Assembly: GCA_049322355.1 (NCBI GenBank) | Contig: JBMORG010000011.1 | Location: 186,597-250,596, forward strand | Origin: Thermodesulfobacteriota bacterium | Lineage (GTDB): Bacteria; Desulfobacterota; Desulfobaccia; Desulfobaccales; 0-14-0-80-60-11 | Reading direction: 5' to 3' | DNA length: 64,000 nucleotides | Shown: in pieces, positions 1 through 10,779 of the stretch | Numbering within the stretch: position 1 is the first letter of the stretch | Layout of the letters: each line of letters opens with the position of its first letter | Made by a program: the position numbers and the translations under genes | Notes under the pieces: model-generated | Database searches by the model: none | What the model saw: only the letters and a program-made list of their open reading frames with translations | Told to the model about the DNA's origin: nothing

Positions 1-6
1 TCTGCC

Positions 7-312
7 CTAAAATTTTTCATTCTGGAAAAAATCTGCCGGCATACCCTTGAACCATAATTCTTTGCCGGTCCAGTGCCATGAGGCCGGAAAGTTGTCCATG
101 GTTGTCCGCTGCACCCCGGTCTGGAGCAAACGTAGGATGAAGTTAACCTAACCGGCTCAAGTCCAATATGGGGAACCTCTATGCAACTGGAAAATCTAAT
201 AAGGGTCGACGCCACCCGGGCGTCAGCGGCTCAAAGTTTCTCAGGCGCTAAGCAATACCGGCGCCCAAAGAGCCATGCAGGTTATCAAAGCCAGCCAAAG
301 GTTTCTTTTCAT
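7..312 (-). pseudogene. Probable disrupted gene for a secreted protein (signal peptide followed by stops)
   Basis: GGAGGAG RBS, ATG at 312, MKRNLWLALITCMALWAPVLLSA then TGA (241-243); further stops follow, then a protein-like stretch (..MDNFPASWHWTGKELWFKG..) ending near the window start. Confidence 0.4.
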
Positions 313-770
313 AGCTCCTCCCTGAATCAAGGATTTCACCCCATCGTCTGGTTAAAAAACCGTATACCAAACCCACCCCCTTAGGGGCCCACATAACGCC
401 AGCTTTTCTTAATATTGGAATAACCAGCTGATTGCATACAAATACTGTCGTTTTTAAATGAACAGGAACAGACTATACTATTTTAATATACTATATAATC
501 ACAATTTTTCAGGAATCCAGTTCGATGCCAAAAATTATTTACCCGATAACAGGTTTAACGTGGCGAACCATACTCCTCTTTTTCATTTAAATTAATAATA
601 TAATTTAAATTAAATATTTTTAAATTTGACGTGAAATAAGCAATGAAAGAGTCCCGGCTTGATGTTGTCCCCCGGCTATTCTCATCTGCAGATTGGCCAA
701 CTGCCCCTTTGCGCCTCCTTATTAGCGACGAAAGTTTAACCCTCTTATTGGATTTGTGGTAAAGTTTGGG

Positions 771-3700
771 ATGATGGAAGTCATCGCTGACCTGCATATC
801 CATTCCCACTTCTCCATCGCTACCGGCAGGGATGCGGACCTTGCGCACCTGGATCTCTGGGGCCGCTACAAAGGTTTGCAGGTGGTGGGTACCGGTGATT
901 GTACCCATCCCCAGTGGCTGGAGGAACTGGCCGAAAAACTTTCGCCTACCGGGCCTGGTGTCTACAGCCTCAAACCGGAACTGGTGCAGCCCTTAAATCT
1001 CCAGGGACCGCGCTGGGAGACAGTGGCGCCGGTTAACTTCGTGATTACCGGCGAAGTGAGCACCATCTACAAGAAAGACGGCAAAGTTCGCAAAGTCCAC
1101 CTGCTGCTAGTGCTCCCAGATCTTGAGGCTGCCCGAAAACTCTCCCAGCGCTTGGGCCGCCTGGGGAACGTGGCTTCCGACGGCCGCCCCATACTGGGCC
1201 TGGACGCCCGGTTTGTGCTGGAACTGGTGCTGGAAATCGATCCCCAGGCCCTGGTGATCCCGGCTCATATCTGGACCCCCTGGTTTTCGGTCCTGGGCAG
1301 TAAAAGCGGCTTCGATTCTCTGGAGGAGTGTTTCGGGGAAAGCACCGCCCATATTTATGCAGTGGAGACCGGGCTGTCTTCCGACCCCGTCATGAACTGG
1401 CGGGTTTCCGGCCTGGACCGGTTTGTCCTGGTGTCCAACTCCGACGCCCACTCCCCCCAGAAGCTGGCCCGGGAAGCCAATATCTTTCACGTCGCTCCCA
1501 CATATCCCGATCTGGCCCGGGCACTGCGCACCAGGGAAGGTTTTGGAGGCACTCTCGAATTTTTTCCCCAGGAAGGCAAGTATCACCTGGACGGCCACCG
1601 CCAGTGCGGCCTCAGGTTGGAGCCGGAAGAAGCCAAGCGCTTGGGCGGCCTCTGCCCTCATTGTGGCCGACCCCTAACTTTGGGGGTAATGCATCGAGTT
1701 TTGGACCTGGCCGACCGGGAGGACGGGGTGCGCCCGCCGGAAGCCCGGCCTTTTGATTCTCTTATTGCTCTACCGGAAATTCTGGGCGAAGTGCTTGAGG
1801 TTGGCACCGCCAGTAAGAAAGTGCGCCAGACCTATTTCCGGCTTTTGGAAAAGCTGGGGCCGGAATTGGAAATCCTGCGCCGCGTGCCGTTAGCAGAGAT
1901 AGGCCGTGAAGGAGGAATCCTGCTGGCCCACGGGATTGACCGGATGCGACATGGAGAAGTGCACATCGCGGGGGGCTATGACGGGGCCTATGGGGAGATT
2001 CGCCTCTTTACCCCTGAAGAACGCAGCATTTTGCAGGGGCAATCGGCCTTTTTTCATTCATGTCCGGCACTGCCTCAAAATACTGGGAGTCCATTTCTGG
2101 ACAGTCCTGTATCAATTCCAGTCACCCAAGAACTCCCTTGTCCTGTCTTGGAGACAGATGCTGATCCCTTGCTGTCGGGTTTAAATGTTGCGCAGCGGGA
2201 GGCAGTGGTCCATCAGGGTCAGCCTCTTATTGTCAAAGCCGGGCCGGGCACGGGTAAAACCCGGACCCTCACTCATCGCCTGGCTTATCTGGTCGCCCGC
2301 CGGGGTGTTGACCCTGGAAGGATTCTGGCCCTGACCTTTACCCGTCAGGCCGCGGGCGAGATGGCAGAGCGCATTAATCGTCTGCTAGCCGCGGTACCGG
2401 ACCGGTCCCGCCTCACCATCAAAACCTTTCACGCCTTGGGCCAACAGATTCTTAACACCGGACAGGACTCCGGAAGAGGGGTGGCGGACGAAGAGCAGCG
2501 CCGCCAGCTTATCAGAGAGAGCGCCCAGGGGCATCATTTGCCCTTTGCTGATCTGGAAAAACGGATTACTGGCTGGAAACAGGCCCTTTTTTACCCTGCG
2601 GACTTGGTTGCTTCCAAGCCCGCAGTCCAACTGAATCTGCTGGCCCCTGCTGACCAGGGCAGGGCCCCCGGCGCTTCCGGCCATGAAACCGACTCGCAGT
2701 ATGTTGCAGCCTTTGCCGCGTATGAAGCTGCCCTCAGCCGGGAAAACCTTTGGGATTACGAAGATCTGGTGGCTCGACCGGCTCTCCTCTTGGCCCAAGA
2801 CCGGACCATCCGGGAGGCTTACCGAAGCCGCTTCCGGCATGTGCTGGTGGACGAATACCAGGATCTGAACGAAGCCCAATACAGGTTGTTTCGCCAGTTG
2901 GCCGGCCCCGGTGCGGAAATCATGGTCATCGGCGACCCCGATCAAGCGATTTATGGATTTCGCGGGGCCCGCCCGGAATATTTCAACCGCTTCCAGGAGG
3001 ATTGGCCCGAAGCTAAAGTGTGCCGTTTTGAGGAAACCTATCGCCTGCCCGCACCCATTCTCAGAGCCACTTCGCATCTCAGAGGTGGCGCAGGCGAAAG
3101 GAAATCCGAAGTCTTCCGCACGTGGCAAACCGGCGGCCATCCCCTCATTCTGTTGGAAGCCGCAACCCCCCGGGGTGAAGCCCTGGCCATCGCCCGCCAG
3201 ATCGAGGCCCTGGTGGGAGGCTTATCTCACTATGGCTTGGAAGATGCGCAATTGCGGCGCCAGGGTCCGGAGGGTAAAGCCGGTTTCCGGGATGTGGCCG
3301 TCCTCTACCGCGTTCATGCTCTGGGATCAGAACTGCAGCGTATTCTATCGGAGGCGGGCATCCCGTGCCAACAGGCCAGAGAGGGGATAGGACCGGATTG
3401 GGACGATATCGATCTGGCGGCCGAACGGGTAAAGCTTCTCACCTTGCACGCCGCCAAGGGGTTGGAATTCCCCTACGTCTTTATCGCGGGGTGCGAAACC
3501 GGGCTCATCCCCTGGGAACCGGAAGCTGAGGCCGGCGCTGACCTCGAGGAGGAAAAACGACTCTTTTACGTGGGCCTTACCCGGGCCTCCCGGCAGGTCT
3601 TCCTAAGCCGCGCCCGGGAGCGTACCCTGTGGGGCCGCCGGCGGCGGACTCAATTTTCTCCCTGGGTTCTGGCCATGGAGCCGGAGGTGCTCCAGCGCCC

Positions 3701-3785
3701 TGCCGAAGAATCAAGACCTCGGAAGGGACGACAACCTGTTTTGTTTCAGGAAATTGTCTCTCCCCGCGGCAAAAGGTCGAGATAA
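771..3785 (+). CDS. Endonuclease Q-like PHP domain fused to a UvrD/REP SF1 helicase
   Basis: N-terminal DLHIHS..GTGD..HIWTPWFS..ETGLSSD..SNSDAHS, GKYHLDGHRQC..CPHCG; helicase motifs AGPGTGKT, LTFT, VDEYQD, IGDPDQAIYGFRGA, TLHAAKGLEF, EEKRLFYVGLTRA. Confidence 0.9.
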   Translation: MMEVIADLHIHSHFSIATGRDADLAHLDLWGRYKGLQVVGTGDCTHPQWLEELAEKLSPTGPGVYSLKPELVQPLNLQGPRWETVAPVNFVITGEVSTIYKKDGKVRKVHLLLVLPDLEAARKLSQRLGRLGNVASDGRPILGLDARFVLELVLEIDPQALVIPAHIWTPWFSVLGSKSGFDSLEECFGESTAHIYAVETGLSSDPVMNWRVSGLDRFVLVSNSDAHSPQKLAREANIFHVAPTYPDLARALRTREGFGGTLEFFPQEGKYHLDGHRQCGLRLEPEEAKRLGGLCPHCGRPLTLGVMHRVLDLADREDGVRPPEARPFDSLIALPEILGEVLEVGTASKKVRQTYFRLLEKLGPELEILRRVPLAEIGREGGILLAHGIDRMRHGEVHIAGGYDGAYGEIRLFTPEERSILQGQSAFFHSCPALPQNTGSPFLDSPVSIPVTQELPCPVLETDADPLLSGLNVAQREAVVHQGQPLIVKAGPGTGKTRTLTHRLAYLVARRGVDPGRILALTFTRQAAGEMAERINRLLAAVPDRSRLTIKTFHALGQQILNTGQDSGRGVADEEQRRQLIRESAQGHHLPFADLEKRITGWKQALFYPADLVASKPAVQLNLLAPADQGRAPGASGHETDSQYVAAFAAYEAALSRENLWDYEDLVARPALLLAQDRTIREAYRSRFRHVLVDEYQDLNEAQYRLFRQLAGPGAEIMVIGDPDQAIYGFRGARPEYFNRFQEDWPEAKVCRFEETYRLPAPILRATSHLRGGAGERKSEVFRTWQTGGHPLILLEAATPRGEALAIARQIEALVGGLSHYGLEDAQLRRQGPEGKAGFRDVAVLYRVHALGSELQRILSEAGIPCQQAREGIGPDWDDIDLAAERVKLLTLHAAKGLEFPYVFIAGCETGLIPWEPEAEAGADLEEEKRLFYVGLTRASRQVFLSRARERTLWGRRRRTQFSPWVLAMEPEVLQRPAEESRPRKGRQPVLFQEIVSPRGKRSR

Positions 3786-3829
3786 AGGTTGCGTATTTAT
3801 AAAAACTTGCACTTAGGGTAAAAGGAGTA

Positions 3830-5791
3830 ATGCAACAAAGAATTCGGGTGGCCGGGATTTGGCTAAACTGGCTCTTGCCCCTCATCCTGGTGATGACCCT
3901 TTTGGGGCGTTCCCAGGTTCTGGGGGCCGAATTCACAACCCCTGAGACCGTCGTCCCTGAGGCCACCACCCCGGCACTTCCCCCAGAAGAACCTCAGGAG
4001 GTCCCCGCCCCCCCAGTTGAAACCCACGCTCCCCGCTCGACGGAGCTCAGCCTCAAATCTTTTCGCATTGCCGGGAATAAAACGGTCAATACCAAGGACC
4101 TGAAGAAGCAATTATCCGAAAGATTGCCGGCCTTCTGGCCCCCCTGGGGCAAGCCTCCCACCTTCCGGCTGCAAGACCTGGAATACGACATGGAGCGCCT
4201 CAGAATTTATTACCGCAGTCAGGGATTTTACCACACCAGGATCACACCCGAGATCATCCATGGCCCGGGAGGGCAGGTGAACGTTACCCTGAAGATAGAT
4301 GAAGGCCCCTGGGTCAAAGTTATCGACATCAACGTCGAAGTCGCCGGGGTGGTGGACCTCTCCGATCTGCGGCAGAAATGGCCTCTAAATCCAGGGGATC
4401 GCTTCGTCGAAAAGAAGTATGACGATCTCAAAAATCTCTATCTCAACTACTTGCCCAATAATGGCTACCCCAAGGTCAAGGTGAAGGGACGGGTCTACCT
4501 CAACGAAGAACAGAACACCGCTAAAATTCTTCTAAGCGTCAACCCCGGCCCTTTGTGCTTTTTTGGTGGAGCCAATATTAAAGACGAGGAAAAACTGGAA
4601 ACCCCGGCCGCGGCCATCCGGGGGAAGATCACTTTTAAGGCCGGTCAGATCTTCAAGCTGGATGAGCTTTTTAATACCCAGAGGAAGCTCTATGCCACCG
4701 ATCTCTTCAAAAGCGTGGTCCTGACGCCGGAGCAGGTGCCACCCCAGGAATCCACCATTCCCATTGTCATTGAGCTGGAAGAGAAGAAAAAACGGTCGGT
4801 CAAGTTTGGCTTGGGCTATGGCGATGAAGATAAAATTCGGGTCAGGCTGGGATTAAAATTTCGCAACCTCGGGGGTGGTGGCCGGTTCCTGGAGATGGAC
4901 GCCCGTTATTCCACCCTGGGTTATTTTTACTCCCAGTCATTTACCAATCCCGTGGTGTTTGGCACCTCCTTTGACTTTGTCAACGAGACCGGCGCCCGGC
5001 GCCGCTACCTGCCGGGGTTCAACGACCAGGCTTATTTCACCCAATCCCGTTTGGAACGGGACCTTCCCCGGCAGTTCCGGGTTTATTTCGGCCACGGCTT
5101 GGAATTTGCCCGTCCCTTCAATATCCCCGTGGAAACCCTGATCCTCCTCCAGGACACCCAGCCGGAACAGATGTACCGGGCTTCCTTTGTCGTCCTGGGT
5201 ATTCGCCAAGACACCACCGATAGCCATATCGAACCTCGTCGCGGCGGCACCTTGGCCTGGGCTAACCAATTCGCCCCCACCTTTTTGGGGTCTGGACTTC
5301 AATTCACCCAATCGGTGCTTGATTTGAGGCGCTATCAATCCATAGGTGATACTAATTTTGTGGCCGCAGGGCGCATCCGGTGCGGCCTCATCCAACCTAT
5401 GCAGTCCACCACCCAGATCCCCATATCCCGACTGTTCTTCGCTGGCGGGGCTACCAGCGTCCGGGGGTATCAACTGGACTATCTGGGGCCCCGTAATGCC
5501 AGCAACAACCCCATCGGCGGCGAGGCGGTCCTGGAACTCAGTTTAGAAGGGCGGTTTCCTCTGCCGATCTACCAAAAAATCGGGGGGGTGATCTTCATAG
5601 ACGCGGGCAATGTCTTCACGAAAATTCACAACTTTGACCTGGGGCAGCTCAAATATTCGCCGGGGTTCGGATTCCGCTATCTTTCCCCCATCGGCGCCAT
5701 CGGGGTGGACATCGCCTTTCCTACCAACCGCATCAATTACCAGTTGGACAGCCCTTACCAGATCCACTTTACGGTGGGCTACGGGTTTTAG
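3830..5791 (+). CDS. tamA: Omp85/TamA-family outer membrane protein (POTRA + beta-barrel)
   Basis: Signal peptide, POTRA-like repeats, FFAGGATSVRGY motif, C-terminal HFTVGYGF; directly upstream of a TamB-like gene. Confidence 0.8.
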   Translation: MQQRIRVAGIWLNWLLPLILVMTLLGRSQVLGAEFTTPETVVPEATTPALPPEEPQEVPAPPVETHAPRSTELSLKSFRIAGNKTVNTKDLKKQLSERLPAFWPPWGKPPTFRLQDLEYDMERLRIYYRSQGFYHTRITPEIIHGPGGQVNVTLKIDEGPWVKVIDINVEVAGVVDLSDLRQKWPLNPGDRFVEKKYDDLKNLYLNYLPNNGYPKVKVKGRVYLNEEQNTAKILLSVNPGPLCFFGGANIKDEEKLETPAAAIRGKITFKAGQIFKLDELFNTQRKLYATDLFKSVVLTPEQVPPQESTIPIVIELEEKKKRSVKFGLGYGDEDKIRVRLGLKFRNLGGGGRFLEMDARYSTLGYFYSQSFTNPVVFGTSFDFVNETGARRRYLPGFNDQAYFTQSRLERDLPRQFRVYFGHGLEFARPFNIPVETLILLQDTQPEQMYRASFVVLGIRQDTTDSHIEPRRGGTLAWANQFAPTFLGSGLQFTQSVLDLRRYQSIGDTNFVAAGRIRCGLIQPMQSTTQIPISRLFFAGGATSVRGYQLDYLGPRNASNNPIGGEAVLELSLEGRFPLPIYQKIGGVIFIDAGNVFTKIHNFDLGQLKYSPGFGFRYLSPIGAIGVDIAFPTNRINYQLDSPYQIHFTVGYGF

Positions 5792-5806
5792 GGAAAAGGA
5801 GGCCTG

Positions 5807-8800
5807 ATGCGGCATGCCAAGATAATCATGTTGACCCTGGCGTTGTTCCTGGGATTGGAACGGGTCGGCAATTGTTCAATACTGCCGGATGTTACCAACT
5901 GGGGGGGCGCCTCTCTGCTTACTCTGATCCAAGGTAAAGTAAACGGGAAAGTTTCAGCCGGTGAAATCTCAGGCAACCCCATATCTGGCATCACCTACCG
6001 GAATTTCCAAATTACCGGGGGCGACGGCAAGACCTTTCTAGCCGCCGACCGATTAGATGTCCGTCTCTCCCTGTCCTCCATTGCTTCTTTCCGACTGAAC
6101 TTGGCGAATCTGACCTTGACAAAACCTCGGATTTACCTGTCCCGGGAAAAATCCGGTCAATGGAACGTCAGCCAGCTAATCAAAGAGGTCCCCAAGCCCG
6201 CCAAGCCGGAAGGTCTGGCAGATAAGATAATCGCAACTTTTCTGCGGGCAATAGACCTCTCAAACCTTGAAATGCAGCAGGGGGAGGTGCAGATCACCAA
6301 GAACGGCGAGGTCAAAACCTTCACCAACCTGGACCTAAAATCCAGCGTAACCCTTCTCCAATGGGGCCAACCGCAGCAACAAGCCAAAGTTAATCTGCGT
6401 TCCCTGGGGGTTACAATGCCCCAGGGCAGGGCCGAACTGGAGACCCGGCTGGCATATAGCCATGGCCTCGCCCAAATCGACTCGTTAAACTTGAAATTGG
6501 CCGGCCAAACTGTGGTCTCTTTAAGGGGGGAGATTTGCCGGCCCTTGTCCAAACTCACTTGTACATTGACCGGTACCATCGGTCCTCTCCCAGGGGAGGG
6601 GATTCACGGCTTTTGGTCCCGCTGGCCCGCTCTTTGGGACCTCTCCGGGGCTTTCAGCCTCACCAGCACTCCCCAGGGAGGGAAAATTGACGTTAAGGGC
6701 AAGATCGGCCAGTCCGATTACACCGTCCGGGGCGACCTTAACTCCCTGGTCGAGCCCGGCGTCTTTCATTTGGATTTGGACCTCAAGGGTCTGACCACGG
6801 CCCAGCTTCAGGCCATTAAGGACCTCAAGACGTCTGAAATCCAGGGTTTGAGCCCCGTCAACGCCCGCCTGCGCCTGGAAGGCCGGGGCTTGCCGTGGAA
6901 ACCCGAGTCTCTTACGACCCGCCTGGCACTGGAACCATTCCAGTACCGGGATCTCAAAGTAGATAAGCTGGAAATGGACCTGTCCGGCAATGCCCGGCGC
7001 CAGAACCTCCAGGCCTCGCTGGCGGGGAATTTCGGCTCCCTGGACCTCAAGGCCGGCGGTCATCTTCTGCCTCTGGGGGAAGTGACAGGGCTTTCCGGTG
7101 ACTTGACCGTGCAAACCAAGGATTTGCAGCCTGCCAGGGTGGGGGTGGCAAAACTCAAGGGTACCAGCCTTACCGGTTTGTTCACCGGCAAGTTTCGGGT
7201 GCCCCCCAGTCTCTCCCTGGCGCAGGTTTATCTGGCCGGGAAACTTGATGGCCGTGGTAGCATTGATAACCGACCCTTGCAGGGCCTGTCTGCCAGTTTC
7301 ATCCTGGAAGGACGAAAATTGACTGTTTCCCAAGCTAACCTCCAGATGGCAGGTATTGCCGCCTCTCTAAAGGGAACTTTGACGGAGTCCGGAGTGGATG
7401 TCACCTTCGATGCCGCGGTCTCCGGCTCCCGGACCCTGCCCTTGCCGTCAGTACCCTCCTTCGCCTCGCTCAAAGCCCAGGGGGCGGTGCGGGGAACCTG
7501 GAAGGCTCCCCAGATTAGTTTGGCAGGCCAGGTGCATAAACTATCCCCCAACAAAAACCTCAACCTGGAGTTGGCTAAACTGAATGCCACTTTGTCCGGT
7601 TGGCCGCCCCAAACCGGAAACGTACAGTTGGTGGGCAGTCAGCTTAACACGCCGGCCGGAACCTTTAGTTGCCTTAACCTCAATGCCAGCGGTGCCGGTG
7701 GCCAGTGGCAATTCCAGGCGGCCGCCACCTCTCCTAAGGAACCCAAGTTTGAAATGGCGGGGACTGCGGACCTTACGGCCAGGCCCCTGGTCTTCCGTGT
7801 AAGTCAGGTCTCTTGGCGCAGCCAGGGACTAAAGGTCAAGAACCAGACGCCTTTCCAGGTTCATATCCTGCCCGGCTGGGAAATCTCTCCGGTGACCTTC
7901 CTAATGGATGGCGGCACGGTGACCCTGGCCGGACTGGCTCGTGATCAGGAACTCTCCGGCCACCTGGAGGTCCGGCAGCTTAACGCCGGCCTCTTAGCTC
8001 CTCTGGGTTTGCCAGCCGAAGGCAAACTCAACGGCCGCCTGACCCTGGCCGGCAATCCCCGAAGCCCCAGTATTAACGGCCAGATTAGCCTTAATGACGG
8101 AAAGGTCCAAAATTTTCCCCTCCGGACTCTGACCACCACCCTGGCCTATCAGGATAATCAGGCTCAGATTTCCGGCTACCTGGAAATCGGTCCGCAGCAA
8201 GCTCGCCTGGTCTGGAAAGGTTCGGTGCCGGTCCAGCTGTCGTTGCTCCCCTTTAAATTTGCCCTGGCCGAAGATGGCCTGGATCTGCGACTACACAGCG
8301 AGCGGGCCAACCTTTCCCAATTAACTGCCGTTAGCAAAGAGGTGCAGGCTGCGGAGGGTCTCCTGGAGGCAATGGTGGAAGCCCGGGGCAACCCGCGTCA
8401 ACCCCGGGTCTCGGGTTATGTGCGTTGGAAAGCCGGTTACCTGCAACTTCGCCAGGCGGGGACGCCGTACCGCCTGGTCCCCGGCGAAATTCGCCTCCAG
8501 GGGGACAAGATTGTGATTCCGGGCCTGATCCTGGAAAATGACGGGACCGTAAGCCTATCCGGTGAAATTGATCTGGCCGGACCACTTCTGGTGAAGACCA
8601 GGCTCCAGGCCGAAAACTTTCGACTTCTGGACCGCGGCGGTAATGAAATGTGGACCAACGGCGCCGTTGATCTTAACGGCCCTTTATCCGCCCTGATGGC
8701 CAAAGGCCGCCTGACGGTGCCCAAGGCCCGGCTGCGCCCCACTTTATTCCGCACCGGCCAGGACCCCGATGTCATTATCTTGCCCCTTAAACCCGGGCCT

Positions 8801-9559
8801 AAGGGGCCGGTTGCGGCTCCCGGTCTCTATCGCAACATGAGGATCGACGTTATCATTGAAGCCCCGGGAAATGTCTTCCTCATGGACCCCATGGGCAAAG
8901 TGGAACTTACCGCAAATCTCAAGGCCGTCAAGAACCCTGACCAAAAGCTGGTTTTGGGTGGGGATATCCGCGCCCTCAGCGGCACCCTGGACATCGAAGA
9001 AAAACCTTTTAAAGTCGAGCGGGCCATCCTCACTTTACCCGGGGTCGCCGGCAGGCCTATTCTGGTGGATGTCAAAGCCATCCACGAGATGGAAGACATC
9101 ACCCTGGTCCTGACGGTGATGGGCACGATGGCCAACCCCAAAATTCGCCTGGAAAGCGAACCTCCGCTGCCGCCCGCCGACGTGCTCTCGTACCTGGTGT
9201 TTGGCGGACCGGCCGCCACCCTGAGCAAAGAACAATATCTGGCCCTGGGAGTGCAACAATTGGGCGTGTTGGGAGGCGTAACCACCAACAAGTTAAGCGA
9301 AATTTTGGGGTCTACCATCCCCCTTTTAAGCGGTATCAAAGTCAAGAGCGGCATGCTGGGCGGGCGGCCCACGGTGGGCCTGGGAAAAGAGGTTGCCAAG
9401 AATGTCAACATCTTCGTGGGACGTAATTTCAATGAGGAACGGGGGACGTACGAAAATCAGGTGGGACTTGAATATAAATTCAATAAAAACTGGAGTGTTG
9501 AGTCCCAGATCGGTTCCAGGAACTCCGGCGCCGATGTGTTCTTTAATTATGATTTTTAG
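5807..9559 (+). CDS. tamB: Translocation/assembly module TamB (DUF490)
   Basis: 1250 aa, beta-rich; C-terminal GTMANPKIRLESEPPLPPADVLSYLVFG...GADVFFNYDF. Confidence 0.8.
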   Translation: MRHAKIIMLTLALFLGLERVGNCSILPDVTNWGGASLLTLIQGKVNGKVSAGEISGNPISGITYRNFQITGGDGKTFLAADRLDVRLSLSSIASFRLNLANLTLTKPRIYLSREKSGQWNVSQLIKEVPKPAKPEGLADKIIATFLRAIDLSNLEMQQGEVQITKNGEVKTFTNLDLKSSVTLLQWGQPQQQAKVNLRSLGVTMPQGRAELETRLAYSHGLAQIDSLNLKLAGQTVVSLRGEICRPLSKLTCTLTGTIGPLPGEGIHGFWSRWPALWDLSGAFSLTSTPQGGKIDVKGKIGQSDYTVRGDLNSLVEPGVFHLDLDLKGLTTAQLQAIKDLKTSEIQGLSPVNARLRLEGRGLPWKPESLTTRLALEPFQYRDLKVDKLEMDLSGNARRQNLQASLAGNFGSLDLKAGGHLLPLGEVTGLSGDLTVQTKDLQPARVGVAKLKGTSLTGLFTGKFRVPPSLSLAQVYLAGKLDGRGSIDNRPLQGLSASFILEGRKLTVSQANLQMAGIAASLKGTLTESGVDVTFDAAVSGSRTLPLPSVPSFASLKAQGAVRGTWKAPQISLAGQVHKLSPNKNLNLELAKLNATLSGWPPQTGNVQLVGSQLNTPAGTFSCLNLNASGAGGQWQFQAAATSPKEPKFEMAGTADLTARPLVFRVSQVSWRSQGLKVKNQTPFQVHILPGWEISPVTFLMDGGTVTLAGLARDQELSGHLEVRQLNAGLLAPLGLPAEGKLNGRLTLAGNPRSPSINGQISLNDGKVQNFPLRTLTTTLAYQDNQAQISGYLEIGPQQARLVWKGSVPVQLSLLPFKFALAEDGLDLRLHSERANLSQLTAVSKEVQAAEGLLEAMVEARGNPRQPRVSGYVRWKAGYLQLRQAGTPYRLVPGEIRLQGDKIVIPGLILENDGTVSLSGEIDLAGPLLVKTRLQAENFRLLDRGGNEMWTNGAVDLNGPLSALMAKGRLTVPKARLRPTLFRTGQDPDVIILPLKPGPKGPVAAPGLYRNMRIDVIIEAPGNVFLMDPMGKVELTANLKAVKNPDQKLVLGGDIRALSGTLDIEEKPFKVERAILTLPGVAGRPILVDVKAIHEMEDITLVLTVMGTMANPKIRLESEPPLPPADVLSYLVFGGPAATLSKEQYLALGVQQLGVLGGVTTNKLSEILGSTIPLLSGIKVKSGMLGGRPTVGLGKEVAKNVNIFVGRNFNEERGTYENQVGLEYKFNKNWSVESQIGSRNSGADVFFNYDF

Positions 9560-9590
9560 TTCCTGGCCAGTTGCCAGCGGTCAGCCAAAT

Positions 9591-9702
9591 GTAGGGCGGG
9601 CACCGTCCGCCATAATATCTGCGCACCTTTTCTGCACTCCTTAGCTGCACTTAACTCATGGGGCCGGCAAAGCCAATAGCGTAGGGTGCGCACTGCGCAC
9701 CT
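9591..9702. repeat. GTAG-type REP-like palindromes (two)
   Basis: GTAGGGCGGGCACCGTCCGCC (9591) and GTAGGGTGCGCACTGCGCACC (~9682); related copies near 20411, 20886, 26590 and 31276. Confidence 0.65.
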
Positions 9703-9711
9703 TTTCTTCCC

Positions 9712-10737
9712 CTAACCGCGCTTTCCTCCGGCAGCCGGCAAAGTTTTCATCAACTCTTCCAGCCTGGGAAAGGTCCCGGGGCGCTCGGCCAACCGCCGAC
9801 GCAGGCCCTCCACCGCCGGAGGAATGTAGCGGGCGAAATAATCCTTGCCCTTAACCTTAGTGAGATAGCCGTAGGCCCCCAGGATCTGGAGATTGCGGCA
9901 GAGAGCCAGGTGGTAATACTGCTCCCGGAAAGCCCTGGGGTCCACTTGCAGCCGGGCGGTTACCAGGTCCAGGTAATAATCCAAGAATTCCTGTTGCCGG
10001 GCCGGGCTCAGATTGACATAGGGGTCGATGAGCAGAGAAGCGAGATCATAGCCCAGGGGACCCAGCCGCCCCCCCTGAAAATCGATAACCCGCAGCCGCC
10101 CGCTGGTAATGAAAAGATTCCTGGATTGATAATCCCGATGCAGAAAATAATTGGAGCCAGAGGGCAAGGCCCCGGTGAGAAGACGTTCAAAATCCGGCGC
10201 TAAATCCTCCATGGTGGTTTTCAACCGCAGATAGTTATTCAGGAAGGCCCGGACGAAATAACCGCACTCCCGCTCCCACAGAAAGGGCCGGTGCAGCGTG
10301 GGAGTATCGAAACACCAGGCGGTATCGAACCCCTCTCTGCCCTTGATTTGCATATTTACCAGGACTTCCAGGGCCTGCCGGTACCAGTGGCGCACCTGAC
10401 TCTCCTGGGGCTGCCGCTTGATGACGGTTTCCAGACTGATGTCCCCCAGGTCTTCCAGAAGCAGCCAGAACTCTTCCCGGCAGTAGGTGTAGATTTCCGG
10501 CACCGGCACCCCGTTTGCCTTAAGATGCCGGCCTATATGGTAATAGGAGTCGTTTTCATTAAATTCTTCTCCGCCCGCCGGCGACGGGTGAAAAAGCAGG
10601 ACCGCGGTGGGAGACCCCAACAGGCGATAGAAGCGGCGGTCGGAGCCGTCTCCCGCCAGGGTTTGAGGTGAAGTCAGGCTGACTCCTCGGGCTTTGGCCG
10701 CAGCCTCCAGGCGGGCGGTCCAGAGATAATCCGGCAT
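9712..10737 (-). CDS. APH/choline-kinase-family phosphotransferase, AmgK-like anomeric MurNAc/GlcNAc kinase
   Basis: LAGDGSDRRFYRL, LLEDLGD, HRDYQSRNL, IDFQG, YDLASLLIDPY; adjacent to a nucleotidyltransferase. Confidence 0.8.
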   Translation of the reverse strand: MPDYLWTARLEAAAKARGVSLTSPQTLAGDGSDRRFYRLLGSPTAVLLFHPSPAGGEEFNENDSYYHIGRHLKANGVPVPEIYTYCREEFWLLLEDLGDISLETVIKRQPQESQVRHWYRQALEVLVNMQIKGREGFDTAWCFDTPTLHRPFLWERECGYFVRAFLNNYLRLKTTMEDLAPDFERLLTGALPSGSNYFLHRDYQSRNLFITSGRLRVIDFQGGRLGPLGYDLASLLIDPYVNLSPARQQEFLDYYLDLVTARLQVDPRAFREQYYHLALCRNLQILGAYGYLTKVKGKDYFARYIPPAVEGLRRRLAERPGTFPRLEELMKTLPAAGGKRG

Positions 10738-10779
10738 AAAAATCCCTTCCCTATGCTTCCGGGTTCAAGGTTCAAAGTT

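Noticed and set aside
241-243. Selenocysteine read-through of the TGA after the signal peptide
   Set aside because: Further in-frame TGA and TAG follow within about 15 codons, and there is no redox motif context
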